Notes: generated from the letters alone by a model not told the origin. Shown: positions 32,288 through 43,723, counted from the stretch's first letter. The stretch: DNA of 64,000 nucleotides from Carpediemonas membranifera BICM (GCA_019828565.1 JAHDYR010000005.1:1315937-1379936), one strand, 5' to 3'. Translations and numbers: made by a program.

Positions 32288-34492
32288 ATGCGACGTTCAT
32301 AGCCTACTGGATCCCGATCGCCACAGAGACCTCGTCCTCACAGCCGGGGGAGTCCTGCAACAGAGAGCGAGAGAACGTATCGCCGGCGGAAGACAGGAGG
32401 AGCACAGGTGGCGAAGAGGCCCCAGAGAGTTCGAGACAGGCCTCAGAGATCAGATACTCGGAGCAGCACTCATCAGGGATCGGGAGCGGAGCACCCGAGA
32501 GCGCATAGCCGTGGAGACGGCAAAGTACATCAGTTTTGCAGAACGTATGATGGAGGAAGAGGAGGAAGCTGGAGAGAACAGAGACACGGTAGGAGCAAGG
32601 GCAGCAACAGCCGTTTTCCTGGGCGAGATGGCACAACGCATTAGGGACGCAGACTGGAGAGCAGAAGTCGAAGAGATCGCACAGATGACACCTGACGACG
32701 ACTATCTCCTACACTACATGATACAAGAGATCCCATTCATTGCCAAGGACACATTCCTCGTCAAGGAAGCAAATATCAGGACTGGCCTAGAGTCGATCAA
32801 CCATGGTCTGGAGAGCTCACCCATCCACAGGGCTCTGATACGCGCGTGTGCAAGAATGGCCGGCAAATGCGAGCTGACTGTGGGTCGTAAGACCGGAAAG
32901 GCATACCCGGTGACAGTCGAGCAGCTGAAGAGAGCAGCAGCCGCGGCGCGCAAGACCAAGTCACCGGCGCTCACGCAGGCAGTAGCCTTCGGACTGACGT
33001 GCTTCTCCACCGTCAGCAGATCAGGGGAGATAATGAGCTTACTCACGACCGACGTTCGGCGGGTGAGAGAGGGCTACGAGATCACTATTCGAAGATCCAA
33101 GACCAGGGATGAGCCCATGGTGAAGCTGGTCCCACTACTAGCAGCAGGAGGCTTAAGCCCAGCCAGGTGGCTGAGACATGCAGTCAATTCTGGTACCTTT
33201 TCTGGAACAAATAGTTCCAGAATTGGTTCCAGAATGCCAGAAAAAATGGCATTTGCAAGAAAAACTAAACGCGTTCAAACAATTTAGCGACGCCTTGCCA
33301 TGGGATGTAAAGCAATATGCAACTAATACTGGGCCCAAGGAACGTTGATACGTACTGCTCTCATGAACTCACTCACTTTTCAGCAGAGCTCGACCAAAAA
33401 CTAACAGAGGCTTGCCCGAGGTGTGCTTAAGCCAGCTCCAACTCTCTCTCAGTCTGTGACAGCTCCCCCAAAAAATATTCTTGCTCAAAGTTGAGGTTTT
33501 CGGGAAATACTGCCAAAAAGTTTGCTTCTGCTCAAGAACGGGGGATGCGCGTTGGATACCGACACCGTTACGTAACAGTTTAACATTCATTATAACAGCG
33601 CTAGCCTCCAGATTTCCTTGCGCACGCCTTTATCTGGAGAAAATAGCACAAACTTTCGCAAGCAAACGCAAATCGATAGAAAAATATGTTTCATGTCCAA
33701 CGGAGCTAAAACTGAGCACAGTGTTATTCATCCTTCTATTCTACTAGTTTATCACTTCAAAAGGATCTGAACTTCAGTATTGATGGTGTTATAGGCACTG
33801 GTTCGGTTCGAGTCAAAACTGACTAAACTGTGACGACGGCTAGGTGTTGAAACATGCCATACTCACTCGTAGCGTGGCGCTTAATAGTGCCAGAATTGCT
33901 TCACTGCCACAAATCAATGGAGGTTCATGTTTGTGCATAAAGTACACAAACATGAGAAGACACGAATTCGTCACTGAATTAGAGACGATGCGCATAAGAA
34001 TCAAAGATTTGGTTCAAATAGAGGAATACTACCTCTTTGCAGACGATATCGCGAAGGAATACCTTGATGTTGCGTCCATATACCTGATGAAGGCAATCCT
34101 ACGTTCTCAGTGAGGCAACTAGCAAACATGAACCGTATCAAGAGACAAATATTGAAGCACTCCCCGTCCACATCATGTTTGATAAATTTTCTGGTGTCAT
34201 TCTGCTGTTAATATCAGACAAGCAAACAACGTAGTGATGCGGAGAGACCGCGTGCTGCTAGAATACGCAGGGCATGATGCACCTGTTGATACCAGGAGCG
34301 CTGTCTGGTATGATGATTAATTGCAACGAACGCGATCACCGGAAATTACCTTAACTTACCTTACCTGCAGGTACCATGGGTGTTCGTTTTCGTCTCCAAA
34401 CGCCATCGTGTAAGAGCATAAAGAGCATTTTCTGTTTACTGTGCCGTTGGGGATTGATGGCGCTGGCGTAGGGGTGCTGTGTGGGCGCCAGT

Positions 34493-35360
34493 GATGACGG
34501 CGCCAGGGATGAGGCGCCAGGATGAGGGAGCCAGGGATGAGGCGCCAGGATGAGGGAGCCAAGATGAGGGCGCCAGGGATGAGGCGCCAGGGATGAGGCG
34601 CCAGGATGAGGCGCCAGGGATGAGGCGCCAGGGATGAGGCGCCAGGATGAGGGAGCCAGGATGAGGCGCCAGGGATGACGGCGCCAGGGATGAGGCGCCA
34701 GGGATGAGGCGCCAGGGATGAGGCGCCAGGGATGAGGCGCCAGGATGAGGCGCCAGGGATGACGGCGCCAGGGATGAGGCGCCAGGGATGAGGCGCCAGG
34801 GATGAGGCGCCAGGATGAGCGCCAGGGATGAGGCGCCAGGGATGAGGCGCCAGGGATGAGGCGCCAGATGAGCGCCAGGGATGAGGCGCCAGGGATGAGC
34901 GCCAGGGATGAGGCGCCAGGGATGAGGCGCCAGGGATGAGGCGCCAGGGATGAGGCGCCAGGGATGAGGCGCCAGGGATGAGGCGCCAGGGATGAGGCGC
35001 CAGGGATGAGGCGCCAGGGATGAGGCGCCAGGGATGAGACGCCAGGGATGAGGCGCCAGGGATGAGGCGCCAGGGATGAGGCGCCAGGGATGAAGCGCCA
35101 GGGATGAGGCGCCAGGGATGAGGCGCCAGGGATGAGGCGCCAGGGATGAGCGCCAGGGATGAGGCGCCAGGGATGAGGCGCCAGGGATGAGGCGCCAGGG
35201 ATGAGGCGCCAGGGATGAGGCGCCAGGGATGAGGCGCCAGGGATGAGGCGCCAGGGATGAGGCGCCAGGGATGAGGCGCCAGGGATGAGGCGCCAGGATG
35301 AGGCGCCAGGGATGACGGCGCCAGGATGAGGGAGCCAAGATGAGGGCGCCAGGGATGAGG
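34493..35360. repeat. 14-bp minisatellite (GAGGCGCCAGGGAT)n, ~60 units
   Basis: Visible tandem array; a shorter inverted copy lies at 59766-60172. Confidence 0.97.
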
Positions 35361-35720
35361 AGTACAGTATTTGAACCCCGAAAACGCCATATTACCAGCA
35401 CCAATGAGCTTCATCAACGAAGATGCGCTCACTGGTGCCGGTTATGGCGTTTTCGGGGTTCGTCGATCATTCTGCTCCCAAATCTGCACCTGTATTTTCG
35501 TGAGCATGCCCGGGAGCTGGGCCAGACGAGTGGTGCCACAGGGACTAAGCTCCGCTGCTCAGCCTCTGCCAGGCGACACTCGTCTGAATTCTGCACGAAA
35601 AATTCAGACGACGAATGATGGGCAAGGGCCGCGAAAACGCTGAAGTACCAGCGCAAGTAGAGCGGTTTGCAATAAAATAGCTTACTTGCGCTGGTGCTGG
35701 CGTTTCGGGGCCCTGAATTG

Positions 35721-36410
35721 CCCCGGGCGCTCTCCAGGCTTCTCTCCCGGGCTCTCTCCCGGGCGCTCTCCGGGCTTCTCTCCGGGCTTCTCTCTCCGGG
35801 CTCTTCTCCCCGGGCGCTCTCCGGGCTCTCTCCGCGCTCTTCTCCCCGGGCGCTCTCCGGGCTCTCTCCGCGCTCTTCTCCCCGGGCTCTCTCCCTGGGC
35901 TCTCTCTCCCGGGCTCTCTCTCCCGGGCTTCTCTCCCGAGCTCCTCTCCCCGGGCTCTCCCCGGGCTCTCTCTCCCGGGCTCTCTCCCGAGTCTCTCCCG
36001 GGATGCTCTCCCGGGCTCTCTCTCCCGGATGCTCTCCCGGGACTCTCTCGGGCTCATTCTCCCCGGGCTCTCCCGGGCTCCTCTCTCGCGCTCTTCTCCC
36101 CGGGCGCTCTCCGGGCTCCTCTCCGCGCTCTTCTCCCCGGGCGCTCTCCCCGGGCTCTCTCTCCGGGCTCTTCTCCCCGGGCGCTCGGGCTTCTCTCCGG
36201 GCTCTTCTCCCCGGGCGCTCGGGCTCTCTCCGCGCTCTTCTCCCCGGGCGCTCTCCCGGGCTCCTCTCTCCCGCGCTCTTCTCCCCCGGGCTCCTCTCCC
36301 CTGGGCTCCTCTCTCCCGGGCTCCTCTCTCCCGGGCGCTCTCCCGGGCTTCTCTCTCCCGGGCTCCTCTCTCCCGCGCTCTTCTCCCCCGGGCTCTATCC
36401 TCCGGGGCTC
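35721..36410. repeat. C/T-rich degenerate minisatellite with CCCGGG cores
   Basis: Visible array; a shorter inverted copy lies at 59140-59402. Confidence 0.93.
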
Positions 36411-38122
36411 CTGTCCCCAGCGCTGTTTCCCAGGCGCTCTGCTCTCTCCAGCGTCCTCACTCGTAAATGTACGTTGCTGTCTTGTCTGCTTGATCTGATT
36501 TCATTTAGTGTGCACTTTAGGGGATAGTTTCATTGCAACGCCAAAATGGCGAGTTCAGGTTGTAGCAATGATCTGATGCGCGGAATGTACTAGAAAACAT
36601 TGCAATTACAACGCAAAGCAGCGAAAAGCGGAGAAATCAACATCAATAACAACATCAACACCAAAAGAACAGTATCCCAAAGAATTGTGGGCGTTGCTGC
36701 GCCAAAGAGCAATAAATGACCACAAAGCATTCGCTTATGCACAATTAGCTGCCAGAAAGAACACTACACCGTTACTTTGGATCATCCCAGTTCGCCGGAG
36801 ATGACGCAGGTCCAGAACGCTGCCTTGGAGGGCTGGTGAAGCGGTTGTGTAGCGCTTACTCGCCTGGCCTTTGGGGCTCTCTCAACATCCTTCCAGACTA
36901 CTGCATTGTCATTCACCGGAGGAGCAGGCCAGAGTCACTTGCCATCTGGCGCATCATGAGGAGATATTGGAATGTGATGATGTGTTTATTGACTAAATGA
37001 GCTGGAATTAGGCGGGTTTGATGTTGCTTACATGTTCTGTGGCATGCCTGATGTCCAGAGGATACCCCTCAGAGGTGACAGTGCAACACCCGAAATTTTG
37101 TCTATACACGTCATATACAAGGTCTAATGCATCTTTGCCAACCACTTTTAGCGTTTGTATGTGTCAGACGATCGAGTTCTGAAGAGCGACTTTGGCCAAG
37201 TCATGCGACCTTATCCTGCACTGACGATACGAAAACCGATCATAAATATTTATTGAGACATCTGCATGCAGTAGTAATGTGTCCAGAGGTGAAGCTAGGT
37301 CTATAGAGTACGCACGCCAACTTTACTACTGATCCGCGAGATTCGATCAAAATCGATCAAAGAAACTGGAACCAATTCTGGAACTATTTGTTCCAGAAAA
37401 GGTACCAGAATTGACTGCATGGAGCACACCTCAACGACATCCAGACGGAAGGACCCCTGTGGAGATCCATACAGCACACCGAGAGCCTGCTGAGAGACAA
37501 CTGCCTTCCACTGACAGCAACAAGGTGGCGCAGATGGGAGATGATCATGGACGTCAACGAGGTCTTCAAGGCAACAGGACACAGCTTCAGACGTGGAGCC
37601 GTCGTCCACATGATCGATGAGGGGCGTTCCCCATTGGTTATTCAGGCACTAGGAGGCTGGAAGTCGATCGATTCGGTGAATAGATACTGTGAAGAGGCCA
37701 TTCGAATCTCACAGCATGCTCTGCAGAGAAGAACATAGAAATATAGGACATAAGAGAGCATTGTAGCGATAAAGGGAGATGAAACGGAACGAGGGGAGAA
37801 GAAACAGGCAAGAGCTAGAGAAATGGATGTTTTTTCGGATTCGGAACAGGAATTACATATGCCACGTATAACCGGCACAGAAGGTCATAAGTGCAGTAGA
37901 GGAAGGCCCAGGGTACCATCGCAAGGTTAGATGGCGGGATGCATCAATTTGGAATAGTCGATTATCGTCGACCAAATGGTCGTTGGCGGGGCACGCCTTC
38001 AATAGGACGTAGGGGTCCTGCGCCGGATACGGTTCGATTTGCTGATCTGATTCTGCGAAGTGGATCGAGATCAACTCCGAGCAAGTCAGTTCGGACGAAG
38101 GGCAAAGGAATAAGCTTTAGAG

Positions 38123-38641
38123 ATGGCACCGACCAACAACGAGACACCTGAGCAACTGCAGGAGACCATTGAGCAACAACGGGACATCGAAGTAACTCCG
38201 AAGTCCAACGAGCAACTCGAGCAGGAGCTCAAGACCTTGCGGGGCCTTATTTCCAACCTTGAGGATGAACGGCGCTCCAACAACTGGACCCCTCCGCATT
38301 CGGACTCCATGCGAGGGGAATGGGCCTTCCTTCAGCGCCTCTACCGAGCCATTCGGTTTGACGCGTCCACCTCATCAACCGAGCTCCTCAACAGGCTCTA
38401 CTCTCGCCAGAGGGCCCTTGCCATCAAGGACCGCTACGGGTTCCACGTAGGCCTGGCGGTGGAAACCGCCACTGACGCTCTGCTCAGCGCTAAGCCAACT
38501 GCTACGGAGGCGATCATCGAGGAGAAGATCCTCTCCACCCTTTCCAAGATCCCCAGGCTTGGCGACCGCCAGCGTGAACGCGCTTCTTTTCAGCGCTCCC
38601 GTCGCCCACCGAAGCGAAGCGGCAAGCCCGCCAGAGATTAA
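38123..38641 (+). CDS. E4 Gag-like ORF1
   Basis: Position, coiled coil and basic tail. Confidence 0.68.
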   Translation: MAPTNNETPEQLQETIEQQRDIEVTPKSNEQLEQELKTLRGLISNLEDERRSNNWTPPHSDSMRGEWAFLQRLYRAIRFDASTSSTELLNRLYSRQRALAIKDRYGFHVGLAVETATDALLSAKPTATEAIIEEKILSTLSKIPRLGDRQRERASFQRSRRPPKRSGKPARD

Positions 38642-41633
38642 GAAAACATCCGAAAAGACTCTCTCTAGGCGATCGCTCTCACTCTCTTGCCTCTCCCCAC
38701 TCCTCCCCACCTCCCTCTCCGTCCCTACAAGGGCTGTCTCCCCCTCCGTCACCTCCTCCAGGGCCTCTTCAGCTTCCTCCGTCGCCTCCCGACAGTCAGC
38801 ACGCCAATCCGACCTTCCCGTCCATCACAGATCATCAGATCTGGTCAGACTGCGGGGCGCGCTCAGAAGTGGTGCGGTGGATTCGCGACGGCGTGCCCAT
38901 CAACATCCAGCAGGCAGCCTCAAAGCCCAGGCTTCCACCAGCACGGGCGTGCGACAAGCCGTTGTTGAGGAAGCACCTTGCGGACCTGCTCGCCTCGGGT
39001 GCGGCTGTACCTTGCCGCAGTCCGGCCCTCATCTCGCCAGTCTTCCTGGTACCGAAGGGCGAGACGGATACTCGCCTCATACACGACCTTCGCTCCCTCA
39101 ACAGCGTCACCAGCGAGGTCAGGTCGTTCCGTCTGCACGGGGTGAAGCGCCTGGTCACTCTCCTTGCCCCAGGGGACTACATGTGCCGTATAGACTTGAA
39201 GTCAGGGTACCAACAGGTAGGAATCAGACTGAAGGACCGCAAGCTGCTCGGCTTCATGATAGACGGGCGTCCATACGCTTTCCGCGTGCTTCCATTCGGC
39301 TGGTCAGCAGCACCGTTCCATTTCCAGATGATAATGCTAGAAGCTGCTCGCCTTGTTTCGGCCCGATGGAACGTCAAGATCGTCGTATATCTAGACGATT
39401 GGGCCTTTCTCGCGCCGAAAGACTACCTGACAAGCTGCATGCCGCAGATTGTGCGCTTTCTGCAAAATTTGGGCCTTATCCTGAACATCAAGAAATCCCA
39501 GCTGGACCCCGCCACTGTCACCGTCTTCCTAGGGATGCTGATCGACTCCGCGCGCAGAACGATACGTGTAGAGAGCAACAAGGCGCACAAGTACTCTTCG
39601 CGAATTACCGACGCCCTAGCCCGCGGCTCCTCAGCGGCCGAGTGGAAGAGACTGACAGGCAACCTGTCCTTCGCGTCATCAGCAGTCCCGGAAGGCCGCC
39701 TTTGGCTCAGGCATCTCCAGTCCTGGGAGCCCGTGGAGTCGCATCGAGTCAAGATCCCCGAGGAGCAGCGAAATGCGCTCGTCCATTGGCAGAAGCTTCT
39801 CAACAACCATACTCCACGTCCCCTGAAAGAGCTACTTTCCCTTTGGGGCACTTCCAGCAACCTAGACGTTACGATAGCCTCAGATGCTTCGAAATTCGCG
39901 GCAGGAGCCGTCATCAGCATCGATGGAGCGAAGAAGACGATCTCTGTACCAACAAGCACCAACAAGGACCGTCATATAACGGAGCTGGAGTTCTTCGCTG
40001 CAATGGAGGCCATCAACTTCGTGCTGCAGGAGACAGCGGTCTCGGACCGGGAGATCCGCGTATTCTCGGACTCTACGGCGGCTGTGGCGTGGCTCAACAA
40101 GCAGGGCTCGTCCCGATGCCCTCAAGCAGTCATTGCAGAGCTCCATCGCATCCTCCCGCGCCTGAGAGCCAGAGGACTGCTACTCAGGGCGGTGCACGTG
40201 AGCGGGCACCTGAATGTACGCCCGGATCGGCTGTCACGGCTCAGCAAGGTCGATTGGGGCACGCCACAGGTGGTCCTCGACCATATCATCGACTCTTGGG
40301 GGCCTCTACAGGTGGACGTCACAGCACAGGAAGGCAAGACGCTGCAGATCGGGGCAAACCCGCTCATGCCCCTTACTCGCGCGCAGGATGGTCTCTCATC
40401 CCGGTGGGAGGGCCTCAGAGTCTACGCAGCACCCCCGTGGGCCCTCATCCCGGCCACTCTATCGAAGCTGGCCTCCATCACCACCCCCTCACAGGACGGG
40501 GATCCCTCCAGCTGGTCATCAATGGCAGTAGTGCTCGTGCCGGACATAGTTTCGGCCGCGACCCTCGCCCTCAAGCGCTTAACGCCACACAGGCGGTACT
40601 TCCGCCTCCCTCCGGGCTCATTCGATGGGACAGAGCTACAGAGGACGGCACGGGCCGATGGCACGGTCAGACTGATGGCTCTCGCGTTCCGGCTGAAGCC
40701 TTCAACACCCTCGTTGGACACCCCAGGCTCGGAGGCCTCTCAGACTCCTACAAACGCCACATCGCGGGTACTCTGGTGACATTCGTCGACTTAGCCTCAA
40801 CAACACCCACGGTAGAGCAGGTAGCTACCTGGGTGCGGCAGCAGAGAGCCTCCTGCAGCGAGACCACGATCATGCGGAAGGCCCAGCTCATCATCACTCA
40901 TGGGCCAGACATCTTGGGCATCCAGCTCCCTGAACACTTCCGTCCGGCCATTAAGGAGGCCGCAAAGGGCGCAGCCGGCAAGCCGATCGGTCAGGCCCCA
41001 CCCATAAGACTGCCACTCTTCCACAAAGCACTGTCAGAGGCAGCCGCCTCCGGGCCCCTTCCGAAGACGTGGGTGCAAGCCTTCGCCTTCTCACTAGTGG
41101 CCTACTCGACGACCTCAAGACCAGGCGAGATCTTCGGATTGACAGGAGGAGACGTGAAACCCGCGGGCGCGCGCGGTATAACGATCCGTATTCAGGCGAC
41201 TAAGACCGGGAGGTCTAACGTGCTCAAGCTCGTACCGGACGTGCGGGGACATCCGCTTTCCCCTGCGCGGTGGCTGGCCCGTCACATTCAGAACCTCCCT
41301 CAATCTGATCTGAACGAATCTATCTGGCGTGCGCCGCGTGTCGATGGCTCGCTCTCATCCACGCCCATCTCCTTCGACCTACTTGGAGACTACATGGCTG
41401 GCGTCTTCCACAGAGTCAGCATCCGGGCTCACGGGCTTAGGCGCGGCTCAGCCGCCGACCTAGTCCTGGCTGGCGTTTCCCCTTACGTAGTCGCAGCCAA
41501 GGGTACATGGGCCGATATCAATTCGATGCTCCGCTATATCGACGACACGATGAGACTTGACCGCGCAACGTCGGCAAAGTGTTTCACGCCCCACATGGCA
41601 CAGGGGCTGCCGGACAAGATTGAGTTCGAGTGA
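38559..41633 (+). CDS. E4 long ORF ending in tyrosine recombinase (~40700-41633)
   Basis: SRPGE, ATKT, HGLRRG, GTW..LRY. Confidence 0.88.
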   Translation: MATASVNALLFSAPVAHRSEAASPPEIKKTSEKTLSRRSLSLSCLSPLLPTSLSVPTRAVSPSVTSSRASSASSVASRQSARQSDLPVHHRSSDLVRLRGALRSGAVDSRRRAHQHPAGSLKAQASTSTGVRQAVVEEAPCGPARLGCGCTLPQSGPHLASLPGTEGRDGYSPHTRPSLPQQRHQRGQVVPSARGEAPGHSPCPRGLHVPYRLEVRVPTGRNQTEGPQAARLHDRRASIRFPRASIRLVSSTVPFPDDNARSCSPCFGPMERQDRRISRRLGLSRAERLPDKLHAADCALSAKFGPYPEHQEIPAGPRHCHRLPRDADRLRAQNDTCREQQGAQVLFANYRRPSPRLLSGRVEETDRQPVLRVISSPGRPPLAQASPVLGARGVASSQDPRGAAKCARPLAEASQQPYSTSPERATFPLGHFQQPRRYDSLRCFEIRGRSRHQHRWSEEDDLCTNKHQQGPSYNGAGVLRCNGGHQLRAAGDSGLGPGDPRILGLYGGCGVAQQAGLVPMPSSSHCRAPSHPPAPESQRTATQGGARERAPECTPGSAVTAQQGRLGHATGGPRPYHRLLGASTGGRHSTGRQDAADRGKPAHAPYSRAGWSLIPVGGPQSLRSTPVGPHPGHSIEAGLHHHPLTGRGSLQLVINGSSARAGHSFGRDPRPQALNATQAVLPPPSGLIRWDRATEDGTGRWHGQTDGSRVPAEAFNTLVGHPRLGGLSDSYKRHIAGTLVTFVDLASTTPTVEQVATWVRQQRASCSETTIMRKAQLIITHGPDILGIQLPEHFRPAIKEAAKGAAGKPIGQAPPIRLPLFHKALSEAAASGPLPKTWVQAFAFSLVAYSTTSRPGEIFGLTGGDVKPAGARGITIRIQATKTGRSNVLKLVPDVRGHPLSPARWLARHIQNLPQSDLNESIWRAPRVDGSLSSTPISFDLLGDYMAGVFHRVSIRAHGLRRGSAADLVLAGVSPYVVAAKGTWADINSMLRYIDDTMRLDRATSAKCFTPHMAQGLPDKIEFE
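38869..40779 (+). CDS. E4 RT/RNase H/methyltransferase-like
   Basis: RIDLKSGYQQ, LPFGW, YLDD, ASDAS, FSDS, PDRLSR; QDGLSSRW..YAAPPW. Confidence 0.92.
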   Translation: MVRWIRDGVPINIQQAASKPRLPPARACDKPLLRKHLADLLASGAAVPCRSPALISPVFLVPKGETDTRLIHDLRSLNSVTSEVRSFRLHGVKRLVTLLAPGDYMCRIDLKSGYQQVGIRLKDRKLLGFMIDGRPYAFRVLPFGWSAAPFHFQMIMLEAARLVSARWNVKIVVYLDDWAFLAPKDYLTSCMPQIVRFLQNLGLILNIKKSQLDPATVTVFLGMLIDSARRTIRVESNKAHKYSSRITDALARGSSAAEWKRLTGNLSFASSAVPEGRLWLRHLQSWEPVESHRVKIPEEQRNALVHWQKLLNNHTPRPLKELLSLWGTSSNLDVTIASDASKFAAGAVISIDGAKKTISVPTSTNKDRHITELEFFAAMEAINFVLQETAVSDREIRVFSDSTAAVAWLNKQGSSRCPQAVIAELHRILPRLRARGLLLRAVHVSGHLNVRPDRLSRLSKVDWGTPQVVLDHIIDSWGPLQVDVTAQEGKTLQIGANPLMPLTRAQDGLSSRWEGLRVYAAPPWALIPATLSKLASITTPSQDGDPSSWSSMAVVLVPDIVSAATLALKRLTPHRRYFRLPPGSFDGTELQRTARADGTVRLMALAFRLKPSTPSLDTPGSEASQTPTNATSRVLW

Positions 41634-42023
41634 AAGAGAGACTGCAAGAGAGCAGCAAGGGGCCCATCTGCCGGGGCGGGTGGTCTGGGGAGGCTACCTC
41701 GCCCTCGGCCGGGCCCTATCGCGTGGACCAAGTGTGGTCGCGATAAATTTTGAGAGAGTTATGTTGTTGGCGACCGGGATTCCCCATGGGTTCACATTCG
41801 ACATACCCAATGTCTGCTTGTCAGACGCAGGTACGGCGCGAAGCCAACCCTCTCGGACAAGCGTGGTCCGGGGCCAGTGACGGCAACCCCCTTGCTCTGG
41901 GCTGGGATTCCTGGGGTAAGCCGGCAGCGCTCAGGTGGGGTCCTGGAGCCTCACCCTGATCGTTTGGGTTTGGTCTCGAAATGTCCTGATTGGATCATTT
42001 CCAGAACCTCGAGAACGAGCCCG

Positions 42024-42545
42024 ATGCCCACCGAAGAAGAGTTCAAGGAACTGAAGGACCTTCTGGAAGCTACAGTGGAAGAGAACAAGATCATTCGCGC
42101 TAGAATGGAAGGCATCGAAGAAGACGAGCATATGGAAGAGCGCGCGCCCAAGAATCTCGAGAGTGTGAAGAAGGAATTCACCGCCTGGATCAACTTCTTT
42201 GCTGAATACCGCAAGAAGATCACCGATCTCCCGGATGAAGCCTCGTTTGAAGAGATTGTCGCCATCGTTAGCAGCCTCGTGGAGAAGCGCTTGGAATACC
42301 TCCGCGTAGTGGACGCTTATGATGAAGGAACCGCCCGCAACTTCCTGGTGGAAGCAGAGGACTCAACGACCCGAAGAGACCTCATGCGCGCCGCAATGAA
42401 AGCAGCCAGGGACTCCCTTGGTGCACGCGTCAGGGGCCACGGACCTAAGCGAGTTGGCCAGCCGAGACACAAGTGCGGTTTCTGTGGTAAGACGGGTCAT
42501 CCAGAGGAGCGCTGCTGGAGAAAGCACCCAGAGATAAAGCGCTAA
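42024..42545 (+). CDS. E5 Gag with CCHC knuckle
   Basis: CGFCGKTGHPEERC. Confidence 0.82.
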   Translation: MPTEEEFKELKDLLEATVEENKIIRARMEGIEEDEHMEERAPKNLESVKKEFTAWINFFAEYRKKITDLPDEASFEEIVAIVSSLVEKRLEYLRVVDAYDEGTARNFLVEAEDSTTRRDLMRAAMKAARDSLGARVRGHGPKRVGQPRHKCGFCGKTGHPEERCWRKHPEIKR

Positions 42546-42587
42546 CTCGTACTTCTTTGATTACACTAGCCCGCAGGTTTAGGAGAG

Positions 42588-43723
42588 ATGCTATCGTCGT
42601 TAAACTGGGGGCCCCAGTTGGCAAAAGCAATCGAACTTAACAACCAAGCGGTTGTTGGGTCAATCTCACGACAGGCAGATGTTTGGATGCGGACGAATCC
42701 CCCTGCTGAAGTCGTAGCTGCGCTGAGAGGCATCGTTATCGATGCAAAAGACATTCTGGAGCCCATAGAGGGCACGTCAAGGTGTTCTGATCACCTAAAA
42801 GGAGAGATCGCGGAGCTGGAGGCGCTGGGCGCAATTCAACGTGTACACGAGCAACCTATAGCAGTGTGCCCTATCTTTCCACTCGTCAAGTCTGACGGAG
42901 TATCTTACAGGCTAATTCACGACTTAAGACCGGTGAATGAAGGTCTAGATGTCCCCAAGTTCTCCATGAGGGGGCTTGAGGAAGTCAAGGAGACGCTGCT
43001 CCCAGGAGACTATATGATCACACTGGACATGAGTAAGGGATATTATCAGCTCCTGTTGGAGCAGGCCAGTAGACAGATGGCCGGATTTCAGTTCGAGGGC
43101 CAGTATTTCACATTCAACGTGCTTCCCTTTGGCCTCGCGACGGCACCAAGAATTTTCCAAGCAGTATCCAAACATGCAGCCAAATTCGTGGCCAGACAAC
43201 TGGACCTGAGAATATGCGTCTACTTAGACGACTGGATAGTGATGGATCAAGACAAGGACAAGCTGGAGAGGCAATTGCCAGATTTGGTCAACATCGCAAC
43301 TTCGCTCGGTATTGTGCTCAACTGCGCGAAAACAACATGGATTCCAGCTCAGAGTGTAGAATATCTCGGTGCGATCGTCGATTCGTTAGAGATGGTGATC
43401 AAAATCACGGAAGAGAAGCGTCGCAAGTACAAACATCAAGTGGACGCCATTTTATCAGAGAGAAGGTTCCACATGAACGATCTACGACAGCTAATAGGAC
43501 GACTAACATTCACAAGAGTGTGCTGCGGCGCCATCGCACTTGTTCGGATTCGCGAGCTCGCCATCAACTTCGCGAGCCTGGTACGAGCAGTCGGAGCGAG
43601 CAGCCGTCGAAAGAGGTCGGACCTGAGCGCGGAAGCCCTGGCGGATCTGACCTGGTGGAGCAAGCGCCTGGAGACGCCCATGACACACCCAGTCTGCATG
43701 CCCCAGAACTTCTCGGTAAGCAT
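42588..43723 (+). pseudogene. E5 reverse transcriptase, truncated
   Basis: LDMSKGYYQ, LPFGL, YLDD, DLTWW. Confidence 0.9.

Larger units (their letters stand above)
33180..37418. mobile_element. Non-autonomous TIR DNA transposon (4.24 kb), 53-bp perfect TIRs
   Basis: GCAGTCAATTCTGGTACC... at 33180-33232, inverted at 37366-37418; CATG at both junctions. Confidence 0.93.
32511..37738 (+). pseudogene. E3 tyrosine recombinase split by insertion (32511-33179 and 37421-37738)
   Basis: SRSGE and RSKT in the 5' part; HSFRRG and GGW..NRY in the 3' part. Joins in frame as WLRHGAHLND. Confidence 0.92.
25760..37900 (+). mobile_element. DIRS/PAT-like element E3, interrupted by two TIR elements (ends approximate)
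   Basis: gag, RT/RH, methyltransferase-like domain and YR re-form after removing 28534-32287 and 33180-37418. Confidence 0.85.
37900..41750 (+). mobile_element. DIRS/PAT-like element E4, ORFs intact (ends approximate)
   Basis: Three overlapping ORFs: gag, RT-RH-MT and YR. Confidence 0.88.
41750..43723 (+). mobile_element. DIRS-like element E5, cut just before RNase H by DNA transposon insertion
   Basis: gag plus RT; homology stops at CATG 43721-43724. Confidence 0.82.

Noticed and set aside
33177-33180. CATG as part of the TIR (CAC-like end, no TSD)
   Set aside because: Removing both CATGs frameshifts the rebuilt YR; one copy belongs to the target.
34356-36527. Long Pro/Ser/Leu-rich ORFs or a CRISPR-like array
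   Set aside because: These are translations of stop-free minisatellites; there are no unique spacers and no cas genes.
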